Shown in pieces: positions 18,139 to 26,684 of a DNA stretch of 32,000 nt. The stretch spans positions 990,001-1,022,000 of the forward strand of contig NZ_LT934425.1 of the NCBI RefSeq assembly GCF_900232105.1. The letters are read 5' to 3'. The position numbers and the translations under genes are program-made. Source of the stretch: Candidatus Kuenenia stuttgartensis. Its GTDB lineage: Bacteria > Planctomycetota > Brocadiia > Brocadiales > Brocadiaceae. The notes beneath the pieces were generated by a model. It had not been told where the DNA came from. It searched no databases and saw nothing but the letters and a program-made list of their open reading frames with translations. Each line of letters starts with the position of its first letter. Within the stretch, counting starts at the first letter, position 1.

Positions 18139-18178
18139 ATATGGTTATTCCTTTCGCTTAATAACTATTTTCTATCTA

Positions 18179-18319
18179 TTAAAGACTCTTACTTGCCGGA
18201 ACTGTTTTTTGTGGAACCGGCAATAGTTGAAATATATCAACATTGCATTTCAAATTCGCCTGTTCAGATTTTACTACGGGTTTTTTGTATACTTTTTTTG
18301 TTTTTTTTGTTTTGTCCAT
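18179..18319 (-). CDS. 46-aa candidate precursor/substrate peptide (not in the supplied ORF track)
   Basis: Reverse-strand translation MDKTKKTKKVYKKPVVKSEQANLKCNVDIFQLLPVPQKTVPASKSL*; lies 23 nt after pqqD-like and 40 nt before glmS; contains a YxxP (YKKP) leader-like motif. Confidence 0.5.
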   Translation of the reverse strand: MDKTKKTKKVYKKPVVKSEQANLKCNVDIFQLLPVPQKTVPASKSL

Positions 18320-18342
18320 GTTGGTACTTATTAAGGCAAAAC

Positions 18343-18663
18343 TTATTTATAAACGATTAAGTTTTTAACAGAAAGGTCTTCCAGAAAACATAACACATCA
18401 AAACACGCAGCATTTGCATCCACCTGATACTCATTACATAGTTTTTCCGCTATTTCTCTGACCGTAAATACGCCATTACACATATTCCATATTTCAGCCC
18501 CTACATCATTCAGTTGATGAAGCCATTGGCCATCCTCAGAAAAAAGGACAGTATCACCACCTACCTTCCTCCAAAAGCACTTATTTTCGTTTCGGCAAGG
18601 AACCTTATTTTTATTGTCCAAAATGATGCGCATGTGTTTCGCCATAAGCCTTATTATCAACAA
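18343..18663 (-). CDS. PqqD family protein (RRE-like peptide chaperone)
   Basis: WRKVGGDTVLFSEDGQWLHQLNDVGAEIWNMCNGVFTVREIAEKLCNEYQVDANAACFDVLCFLEDLSVKNLI: PqqD-like pattern; the true start may be an internal Met. Confidence 0.85.
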   Translation of the reverse strand: MLIIRLMAKHMRIILDNKNKVPCRNENKCFWRKVGGDTVLFSEDGQWLHQLNDVGAEIWNMCNGVFTVREIAEKLCNEYQVDANAACFDVLCFLEDLSVKNLIVYK

Positions 18664-18677
18664 ACTATTCTAACGGA

Positions 18678-21509
18678 TTACCTCGTTTGTGAATACTGCG
18701 TGGTATCCGTTGTGCCGGCATATTCCAATTGAAAGATTTTGTTCCGGGCGTATTTAATATTCCTATACTTAATTTCATACACCGCAGTACAATCCACTAT
18801 ACTGCTTATTATTCTTAATTTTTCCGAGAAAAGGTTTTTATTATCAATACCGTTTAAATCACATGGATAGATATTGTTCATAAGGGCAACTGCAACCTCC
18901 TTGCCGCTTAATTTTTTAAATGAATTATTTGCATCCGTACCTAATAAAATAACTGCCTCTAACGGTGCAATCTTACTATTTTGTTTTGTAATCTCTGTTT
19001 TCACGGGAAACTGAGAAATGTAATATGAGCCTTTTTCTTCCGTAGCTACGATTAATTCATCCGAAAGGATTTCCGCCTCGTGAGTAAACAGGCTTGATAT
19101 AATCGTTTTATTATCGCCGGATTTCTCTACAAGAAGAAATCCTCTTCCATCCGTCACTACGCCTGCCGCAGGGATGAAAAAATCATTTGCACCCTTTCCG
19201 TTGTGTATGCCTTTCTTAAAAAATCCCTCATAAATGCAACGACACATATACTCCACAACAGATAGCTTCCCGGCAGTGGGGATAAATACCCTTTTTTCCG
19301 CTTCAGAGGAATTTATACAATAATATTTTTCCTGCTTATAATTTATTTCTTCCCCATCATTATACAATCTGTTGCTCTCCTGATATCCGAATATAAACCG
19401 GCAGTCATTTTGACCATTCATTTCAGAGAAATGGAAATATTTTTGCGCTTCTTCCTCGAGTTCTTTGTTCAAAAATGAAAAGGCTAAACACATTTTCCCA
19501 ATGTTCAATGTTAATCCGCCATTATTCCCGACAGGCCTTTGGTATCCACGCCGTTCAAGAGGCAATACATATTTTTTCAGCATGTCCCTGACTTTTTCAT
19601 AATGATCCATTGCGGAAAGATTCTTCAGGAGTGTTTCAAACTCACTGAGTATTTTATTTATTTCGTGCAAAGAGAACATCCCGCTATTCTTCGCAAAAAA
19701 TACCTTCTCATGCCTGCTTGCGGTTGTGCCTTCTTCTGCGGTAAGTATTTCTTCGTAAAGCTTTTCACCAGGCCTCAAACCGGTAATCTTTATGTCTATG
19801 TCCTGATAGGGTTTCAAGCCATGGATCTTTATTAAGTCTTCCGCTAACGCCAAAAGCTTTACAGGTTCTCCCATGTCCAGGACAAGGATATCTCCGCCTT
19901 TCCCTAAAATTGCCGCCTGAAGAACCAGTGACACCGCCTCCGGAATCGTCATGAAATATCTTTCGACATCTTTATGGGTCACAGTAAGGGGCCCTTCCTC
20001 CTTTAGCTGCTGCAAAAACAACGGTAAAACACTCCCGCGGCTGCCTAAGACATTTCCAAATCGCACCGATAAAAACTCTGTATTTGACATCCCTTCAAAC
20101 GCCCTGCAAATATGTTCCGCCATCCTCTTTGTCGCGCCCATAATACTAGTCGGCCTAACCGCTTTATCCGTAGAGATTAAAACAAACTTTTCCACCTTAT
20201 TCTCCATCGACACCTTTGCTACTTTGTACGTCCCAAACATATTCACTTTGACCGCTTCTTTGGAGTTATATTCCATCATAGGCACATGTTTGTAAGCAGC
20301 GGCATGGAAGACAATCTGCGGTTTCATATGTTTAAAAACACTGGTAACGGACTCTTCGTCCCTTATATCGCCGGCAATAAATAATACTTTTTGCAACATT
20401 TGCGAATTGACGCGCTGGTTATGAAGCAGATGCGGAAATCGTTTTTCCAAATGAAGTTTCAAAGAATGTAATTCTGTTTCATCTGTATCGAAAAGTATTA
20501 CTTTTTCGGGATGAAAGGAACAAACCTGCACAGCTATTTCAGAACCGATAGAGCCGCCGGCGCCGGTAATAAGAACAACCTTGTTATGTATAAACCGTTC
20601 TATCCCTTTATGGTCAATCTCTACCGCCTGCCTGCCTAAAAGATCTTCAATACTGATATTTTCAAGATTGTGAATATTTATTGCAGGTTCACAGTTATCG
20701 TATATGCGTGGAATAATCTTTATCTCCACGTCATACCTGTTTGCGATATTGTATAATCTCCTCAATGATTTGTAGTTTAATGATGGAATGGCAACAACCA
20801 TTGCCTTGACCCTCTTTTCTTTTATAATATCTTCCAATATGTCGGTTTTGCCAAACACCGGAATACCGTGTATGCTTTTTCCCACTTTGCCAACATCGTC
20901 ATCAAGCAATCCAACGGGGCAATAATCTTTATAACCCCCTTCTTTCAGATCCCTGAGGACCATGCTTCCTGTGTTCCCGGCGCCGATGATAATGGTTCTC
21001 TTCCCATGCTTTGCGTTGATTCTTCCGTAAATGTATTTTGAAAATACTCTTTTTGAAATTCTTAATCCGCAAAATAATGTGAGAGAAATCAGGCATTCAA
21101 TAAAAATGATACTTCGAGGAAAACCCTGAACTGGAAATAAAGAATAAAGGCCGGAAATATTTATAATGTTATTTGATATATATGGATTCCAGATTATCGC
21201 CCCAAGAACAGTTAATGCTACAAACTGTGATAATGTGATATAGATGAAATCAGGGATGCTTACATATTGCCATGTGATTTTATATATTTTAAAAAGAGCA
21301 AGCATGCCCATTTTGACAAGCAAAAACAGGGGCAATGCCCTCAAAATCATCCATCTATATTGCGGGGAAATCTCAAAATCAAAGCGAAAAAGAAAGGATA
21401 CAAAAAGGGAAAATGCAATGATAACTACATCACACGCACAAAAGAACATCGTACGCTTAAAATAGGTGGGATAGAATAATTTATTTATAGCTCTTCCTGC
21501 TGTCACCAA
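18678..21509 (-). CDS. CapD/WbpM-like nucleoside-diphosphate-sugar 4,6-dehydratase fused to a C-terminal HprK-related kinase-like domain
   Basis: Residues ~1-650: multi-TM segment, then RTIIIGAGNTGSMVLRDL, VVLITGAGGSIGSEIA, STDKAVRPTSIMGATKRMAE, SVRFGNVLGSRGSVLPLF, RPGEKLYEEIL. Residues ~655-943: ~290-aa extension with FFIPAAGVVTDGRGFLLVEKSGDNKTIISSLFTHEAEILSDELIV. Confidence 0.88.
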   Translation of the reverse strand: MVTAGRAINKLFYPTYFKRTMFFCACDVVIIAFSLFVSFLFRFDFEISPQYRWMILRALPLFLLVKMGMLALFKIYKITWQYVSIPDFIYITLSQFVALTVLGAIIWNPYISNNIINISGLYSLFPVQGFPRSIIFIECLISLTLFCGLRISKRVFSKYIYGRINAKHGKRTIIIGAGNTGSMVLRDLKEGGYKDYCPVGLLDDDVGKVGKSIHGIPVFGKTDILEDIIKEKRVKAMVVAIPSLNYKSLRRLYNIANRYDVEIKIIPRIYDNCEPAINIHNLENISIEDLLGRQAVEIDHKGIERFIHNKVVLITGAGGSIGSEIAVQVCSFHPEKVILFDTDETELHSLKLHLEKRFPHLLHNQRVNSQMLQKVLFIAGDIRDEESVTSVFKHMKPQIVFHAAAYKHVPMMEYNSKEAVKVNMFGTYKVAKVSMENKVEKFVLISTDKAVRPTSIMGATKRMAEHICRAFEGMSNTEFLSVRFGNVLGSRGSVLPLFLQQLKEEGPLTVTHKDVERYFMTIPEAVSLVLQAAILGKGGDILVLDMGEPVKLLALAEDLIKIHGLKPYQDIDIKITGLRPGEKLYEEILTAEEGTTASRHEKVFFAKNSGMFSLHEINKILSEFETLLKNLSAMDHYEKVRDMLKKYVLPLERRGYQRPVGNNGGLTLNIGKMCLAFSFLNKELEEEAQKYFHFSEMNGQNDCRFIFGYQESNRLYNDGEEINYKQEKYYCINSSEAEKRVFIPTAGKLSVVEYMCRCIYEGFFKKGIHNGKGANDFFIPAAGVVTDGRGFLLVEKSGDNKTIISSLFTHEAEILSDELIVATEEKGSYYISQFPVKTEITKQNSKIAPLEAVILLGTDANNSFKKLSGKEVAVALMNNIYPCDLNGIDNKNLFSEKLRIISSIVDCTAVYEIKYRNIKYARNKIFQLEYAGTTDTTQYSQTR

Positions 21510-21654
21510 TGTGAGATTTCCTTTTTAAGTTTTAAGTAGACTCTTTTTATTATGATTGAGCAGATTTTTAAAACATAACCCAGACAATCCGGAGACACCG
21601 CCTACTTTTGGTCTCACAACACTTTTTGAAAATATCCTTAAAAACAAAAAACCG

Positions 21655-21787
21655 TAACACTTTAGTTTTTTGAAAAAGTAGTGGCGATACATTTGCCCGT
21701 CTGGGTATGAACGCATTTATGACAATTTACAGCAAATGCTTAGCCACTACTTTGCAATTATTAGAATTTTTCAAAAAAACTAATCTT
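21655..21787. repeat. MITE-like palindromic element (short type)
   Basis: TAACACTTTAGTTTTTTGAAAAAGTAGTGGCGATACATTTGC...GCAAATGCTTAGCCACTAC...GAATTTTTCAAAAAAACTAA. Confidence 0.75.
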
Positions 21788-22195
21788 AAAGAAAAACCCA
21801 TACCACATATCATATTAAAAATAATAACTCTGTAAATACCCTATTTGGGGTATATACAAATGGGTGTCTTCTTTTGAGTTAATGGATAGCGTGCGCGTGC
21901 GCCTGCACTTATGCAGATTTATTCGTATGCAATAATGAAGTAACCGGGTATTTTGAATTAGAACGAAATCGGTTTGAACATCGAAAAATAGAGGGACACT
22001 TCCCGTATTTCAAAAATTACTGTGGGAAGTGTCCTTTCTTAAAGAAAAATCCATATCACATATCATATTAAAAATAATAACTCTGTAAATACCCTATTTG
22101 GGGTATATACAAATGGGTGTCTTCTTTTGGGTTAATGGATAGTGTGCGCCTGCGCTTCTGCAGATTTATTCGTATGCAATAATGACGTAGCCGGG
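21786..22195 (+). repeat. Tandem direct duplication, period 253 bp (repeat units ~21786..21945 and 22039..22195)
   Basis: TTAAAGAAAAA(C/T)CCATA(C/T)CACATATCATATTAAAAATAATAACTCTGTAAATACCCTATTTGGGGTATATACAAATGGGTGTCTTC occurs twice. Confidence 0.85.
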
Positions 22196-22570
22196 GGGAG
22201 CATTCCCGATTTTTTGTAACCGCTCATGAGGTCAGGACTAAACAACCCTGACAGGGTTTCAAACCCTGTCAGGGTTAATGCTCTGCAACGTTTCACCGAA
22301 ACCAGCGGAAGTCGCAAAAAATCAGGAATGCCCTCCATCTACTATACCTTACGAGTTCACAAGTTAGGCCTTTGGCGACTTTTTCGTTGATGTAGAGCGA
22401 AGTGCCACTTCGCTCGAACGAAGCAATCGCTTCGTTCTACAACTTTGAAAAATTCCTGAACGGCAAGCAAGATGCTTGTGATACAATGTGATAAAATTTA
22501 CAAAAAATCGGGAATGCTCCTGTTGTTCAAACTATGTCCCCCGCTGGCGGGGGTGCAGGGGGTGGACTAG

Positions 22571-24576
22571 CGTGAGTTTATCACAAAATAAGGCATGAAG
22601 CAACGTAACATAAATACAGTCAATGCGTTAAGCACAACATCAATTGTATACACTGAGTCCTTGAAGTTTCAGCCGATGTTTGTGGAAATCCATAATGCCT
22701 AACGCATTCATCAACAGAGATTCCTTGTCGGACATTTCTTCCAATTTGTAGGTAGCCTTAACTCTCCCTCTGGCCTTTGTTTCTTCAAGCATAGCAGAAA
22801 GCCTTATATTATTAAGGGTGTCTAACAGGGTATCTAACGTTCCACTAAATTGTGCGTGCGCTTTTGCCTGATACCACACAATCGCCGCCATTAGGTATCC
22901 GAGGACGCAAATAAAAAAATGCACCCTGATTTTCTGATCCGTCCAGTGAAATTGCGGTTTTAAAGCAAGGTGATAGGGGTTCTTGAGATTTCTAAAGGCA
23001 TGTTCAATTTTTGATTGCCCATAGTAGGCTTTTATAATGTCCGCGGTATCCCAATCGTGATGGTCTGTCATAAGAATCCTGAACCCCAGTTCCCCTTCTA
23101 TTTCTTCGAGCTTTTTCTGGTCGATTGAAAAATTCAATTGAAACTTGCCTTCAGATACCTCTTTTAACGACCAATCGATAACATCCTTCGCAAATTGACA
23201 TTTCACTACACTTCTTATCGTATCCTCCAGACCCTCTTTGTCCCGCATCTTTCCCTTTGGATTACACAGATGCTGCTGTAAGAGCTTTAACTGATGTTCT
23301 GCCTTTTCCAGAGACTGAGACATTCCCCTTAATTGCCCAACCTTTAATTTCTCGGAAATAAATACGACAACGGTTCTTTCCTGCCCCCAAATAACCCGTT
23401 TGTCATGGTACACCTGTATCTTACTGCCGTCAACGTCATATTCCCTGAAATTACACATGGCATCCCCTACCAACTGCTTGTGATGATACGGTGTAAGCGC
23501 TCCAACGTAATGCAATGCCAATCTCTCTACAATAGCCATATTGTCCATGGAATTGTTTCCACGATCAAAAACAATAGTGTGCTTTTTGCTGTCGAAACCT
23601 AATCCGGTCATCCTGTCTTTTATCGTCTCAAGAACCGCGCTGAACACCTTTGCATCCGCCATGTTCCCCTGATAGGTATGGTGAAACAACGGTATCATGT
23701 CGTTACGTGTAACGACCATCGCCAACCCGACCTGCCTGAGATCGTATCGCTTTTGTTTGTTTTTCCCCCGCCGGGCAATAGTGCATCGCAGATTAGTTGT
23801 GTCGATATACGTGAAAAAATTGGTTGTATCAAAAAACAGTGTGTCGCTTTGAAGGTTGTATGTTTTAAATGTCTTTTCAATTAATTCGCGCTCGATTTCT
23901 GCAATGGATTCTTCAGGAAGTGCATCCATCAAATCCCAGAAATGCTGACTGTCTATTTTACTCAAGCTGTGTCTGAGTAAGTATTCGGCAGTAGTCGTCT
24001 TTGCCCAATCCCACCATCCTCTTTTGCTGGTAGGCACACACACTCTCCCCACGGCACCCAACAAGAGGGTACTTCCGGCGGTCAGATTATTTCGAACAGG
24101 TTTTTTAGCACAATACTGCCGTGGCGACTTTATATATTTATTAATCACGGAAGGGACGTCCAGGGCATTGGCCACACTTAGCAATGCGGCTACCGCGCCA
24201 TGTGAATAAGATTTGAGCCGTAATTTTTCGGTAAGACCTTGCAGTTGTTTTAATAAATCGTCTGCCTTGCCAAGATAGGCCAGGACGATGGGCCTGGGCT
24301 TGCCGTTAACGCGCCGCGATTCGACAATATACCAATATTTATAACCTCTGGAGTTTTTAGATTGAATGGTAGCCATGGCTATTAGTTGTTAGTGTATACG
24401 TAATAGATTAATACTCCGTGTATAATAGTATATACAGGCATATAATGCAATATAAATATAGTATTATTCAGTGTATACATAATTTTTTAGACAAAAAAAG
24501 TCGCAACCCGATACAAATCATTGGATTGCAACTTGATGTCTTTGTCTTACACCTTATTTCGTGATAAACTCACGCT
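22571..24576 (-). mobile_element. IS1634-like insertion sequence, 2006 bp, apparent 4-bp target duplication CTAG
   Basis: 23-bp terminal inverted repeats CGTGAGTTTATCAC(A/G)AAATAAGG, one mismatch, at 22571-22593 and 24554-24576; CTAG on both sides; a related unoccupied site is at 11564-11567. Confidence 0.88.
22640..24376 (-). CDS. IS1634-like DDE transposase
   Basis: RGYKYWYIVESRRVNGKPRPIVLAYLGK, DTTNFFTY, GLAMVVTRNDMIPLFHHTYQGNMADAKVF, IVFDRGNNS, YYGQSKIEHAFRNLKNP. Confidence 0.92.
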   Translation of the reverse strand: MATIQSKNSRGYKYWYIVESRRVNGKPRPIVLAYLGKADDLLKQLQGLTEKLRLKSYSHGAVAALLSVANALDVPSVINKYIKSPRQYCAKKPVRNNLTAGSTLLLGAVGRVCVPTSKRGWWDWAKTTTAEYLLRHSLSKIDSQHFWDLMDALPEESIAEIERELIEKTFKTYNLQSDTLFFDTTNFFTYIDTTNLRCTIARRGKNKQKRYDLRQVGLAMVVTRNDMIPLFHHTYQGNMADAKVFSAVLETIKDRMTGLGFDSKKHTIVFDRGNNSMDNMAIVERLALHYVGALTPYHHKQLVGDAMCNFREYDVDGSKIQVYHDKRVIWGQERTVVVFISEKLKVGQLRGMSQSLEKAEHQLKLLQQHLCNPKGKMRDKEGLEDTIRSVVKCQFAKDVIDWSLKEVSEGKFQLNFSIDQKKLEEIEGELGFRILMTDHHDWDTADIIKAYYGQSKIEHAFRNLKNPYHLALKPQFHWTDQKIRVHFFICVLGYLMAAIVWYQAKAHAQFSGTLDTLLDTLNNIRLSAMLEETKARGRVKATYKLEEMSDKESLLMNALGIMDFHKHRLKLQGLSVYN

Positions 24577-25084
24577 AGATTTCTCCATCGATTCAACTAC
24601 CCCTTTATTATGAAAACAAATTTAACCCTCTTTCTCACGCTTCGCAGACTGGTCAAATGGACGATTTTATCCTGTTTCGTGACATGCATTCCCGCAGAGC
24701 GCAGGAATGAGAAGAAAAACTTATGGCTATTCATGTTATAAACCTCCCAGATTTCCTCCGCAGACAATTCCACCCCCTTAATCCCCCGCCAGCGGGGGAC
24801 AGGCTTGCCACATCCCTTGCAGCGTTGTTTTGCCCCAATCACACAAACGGTTACAAAAAATCGGGAATGCTCCCGATTGTAGCAAGGCTAATAGCAGGGT
24901 ATTTTGAATTAGATCGAAATCTGTTTGAACACCGAAAAATAGAGGGACACTTCCCATATTTCAAAAATTAATGTGGGAAGTATCCTTCTATTACATTCGT
25001 TCAGAAAACCCTTGGATTTTTCCCAGGCGATGGCATATAATCCACTTCTCAATTTAGCAATTCGCCAGAGGAGAGACAAAACAT

Positions 25085-26404
25085 ATGCTTGATATACATT
25101 TCATAAGAAATAATGTGAACGCAGTGAAAGAGGCAATTGCCAATAAACAGGAAATTGCCGTAAACATTGATGCTATTTTAGAAATAGACGCCCAACGCAG
25201 GAAAAAGATTCAGATCTGCGAACAGTTGAAAAATCAACGGAATGAAAAGTCAAGGGCGGTGAGTGAACTAAAAAAGAACGGACAAGACGCTTCCGCTATC
25301 ATTGAGGAAACAAAAAAGATTGGCGATGATATAAAATCCATTGATGGGGAATTACGGGATATGGAATCCCAACTTAACGACCTGTTGCTTGGAATCCCCA
25401 ACATACCGGCAGCGGATGTACCTGTTGGCAAAGACGCCTCTGGCAACGAAATAGTGAGACACTGGGGAGAGCGGAAAACATTTCATTTTACGCCGCAGCC
25501 GCACTGGGAGCTGGGAAAGACGCTGGATATTCTCGACCTTGAACGGGCAGCTAAAATTACCGGTTCCGGTTTTATTTTATTAAAGGGTGCTGGCGCAAAA
25601 CTTGAGCGGGCGCTCTTTAATTTTATGCTGGATATACATACCCGTGACCACGGATATACAGAAATCTTTCCCCCCTTTCTCGTAAACAGGAAGTCCATGA
25701 CGGGCACCGGGCAATTGCCGAAACTGGAAGACGACATGTATCGGACATTACAAATGTACACCGCGCATGCGTCTGAAAAAAAAGCCGTTGCTGAAGATCT
25801 CTTTCTTGTTCCAACTGCGGAAGTGCCCGTAACCAACATTCACAGGGACGAAATCCTTCTGTATAAAAACCTCCCCATTTATTATACCGCGTATACTCCC
25901 TGTTTTCGGAGGGAGGCAGGTTCTTATGGAAAGGACACTCGGGGCATCATGCGGGTGCATCAATTCAATAAGGTGGAATTGGTAAAACTGGTGCGGCCCG
26001 AAACCTCGTATGGTGAATTGGAAACACTGCTCGCTAATGCGGAAAAGATACTGCAATTGCTTGGACTGGAATACAGGGTGGTGAAATTGTGTACGGGGGA
26101 TATGAGCTTTGCCGCCGCTAAGTGTTATGATATTGAAGTCTGGGCGCCAGGAGTAGATAAGTATCTTGAAGTTTCTTCCTGCAGCAATTTTGAAGACTTT
26201 CAGGCACGGCGCATTAACTTGCGTTTTCGCAACGAAGACGGGAAGCTACAATATGTACATACTTTAAACGGTTCCGGATTAGCGTTGCCGAGGACGGTAA
26301 TAGCAATCCTTGAAACGTATCAGCAGGAAGACGGTTCAATCCTGATTCCGGACGTCCTTCAGCCCTATATGAAAGAAACCAGGATCATTGCAAATCAATC
26401 GTAA
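25085..26404 (+). CDS. serS: Seryl-tRNA synthetase
   Basis: [108 protein letters not shown]. Confidence 0.98.
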   Translation: MLDIHFIRNNVNAVKEAIANKQEIAVNIDAILEIDAQRRKKIQICEQLKNQRNEKSRAVSELKKNGQDASAIIEETKKIGDDIKSIDGELRDMESQLNDLLLGIPNIPAADVPVGKDASGNEIVRHWGERKTFHFTPQPHWELGKTLDILDLERAAKITGSGFILLKGAGAKLERALFNFMLDIHTRDHGYTEIFPPFLVNRKSMTGTGQLPKLEDDMYRTLQMYTAHASEKKAVAEDLFLVPTAEVPVTNIHRDEILLYKNLPIYYTAYTPCFRREAGSYGKDTRGIMRVHQFNKVELVKLVRPETSYGELETLLANAEKILQLLGLEYRVVKLCTGDMSFAAAKCYDIEVWAPGVDKYLEVSSCSNFEDFQARRINLRFRNEDGKLQYVHTLNGSGLALPRTVIAILETYQQEDGSILIPDVLQPYMKETRIIANQS

Positions 26405-26533
26405 CGCGGTATAACCTCGTGAGGTTCACGGTTGAAAACCTGTGAATTCCAAACCTAATAAGCGCTAAGTTGTTTTTTATATTTTTTACGCGGAGTCCAA
26501 TAGGCTAAAAAATATTCGTTATTCTTTAGCATC

Positions 26534-26603
26534 TATTCGCGTTTATTAGCGTTCATTGGCGGTTCCTTTATTAACCGCAAATAGCCGCTAATAAACGCGA
26601 ATA
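26534..26603. repeat. 18-bp perfect inverted repeat (stem-loop)
   Basis: TATTCGCGTTTATTAGCG at 26534-26551 and CGCTAATAAACGCGAATA at 26586-26603. Confidence 0.9.
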
Positions 26604-26684
26604 TGGAGATTTTATTACACGGATAAATTAATCCGTAATTTTAACTTAGCGTTTATGCCCCGGAGCCCAGAACCCTTCATAGCT

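Noticed and set aside
18193-18223. Hairpin TTGCCGG...CCGGCAA as an intrinsic terminator before glmS
   Set aside because: No U-tract follows on the transcribed strand and it falls inside the 46-aa ORF; kept only as an alternative explanation for conservation there.
18139-18342. glmS ribozyme in the glmS leader
   Set aside because: No recognisable ribozyme core sequence; the region is instead occupied by the 46-aa ORF, leaving only 40 nt before glmS.
16961-18360. Plus-strand ORFs (129-172 aa) antisense to glmS
   Set aside because: They lie opposite a highly conserved gene whose motifs are unambiguous; low-complexity artefacts of codon composition. One (17842..18360) extends over the small-peptide ORF but shows no recognisable domain.
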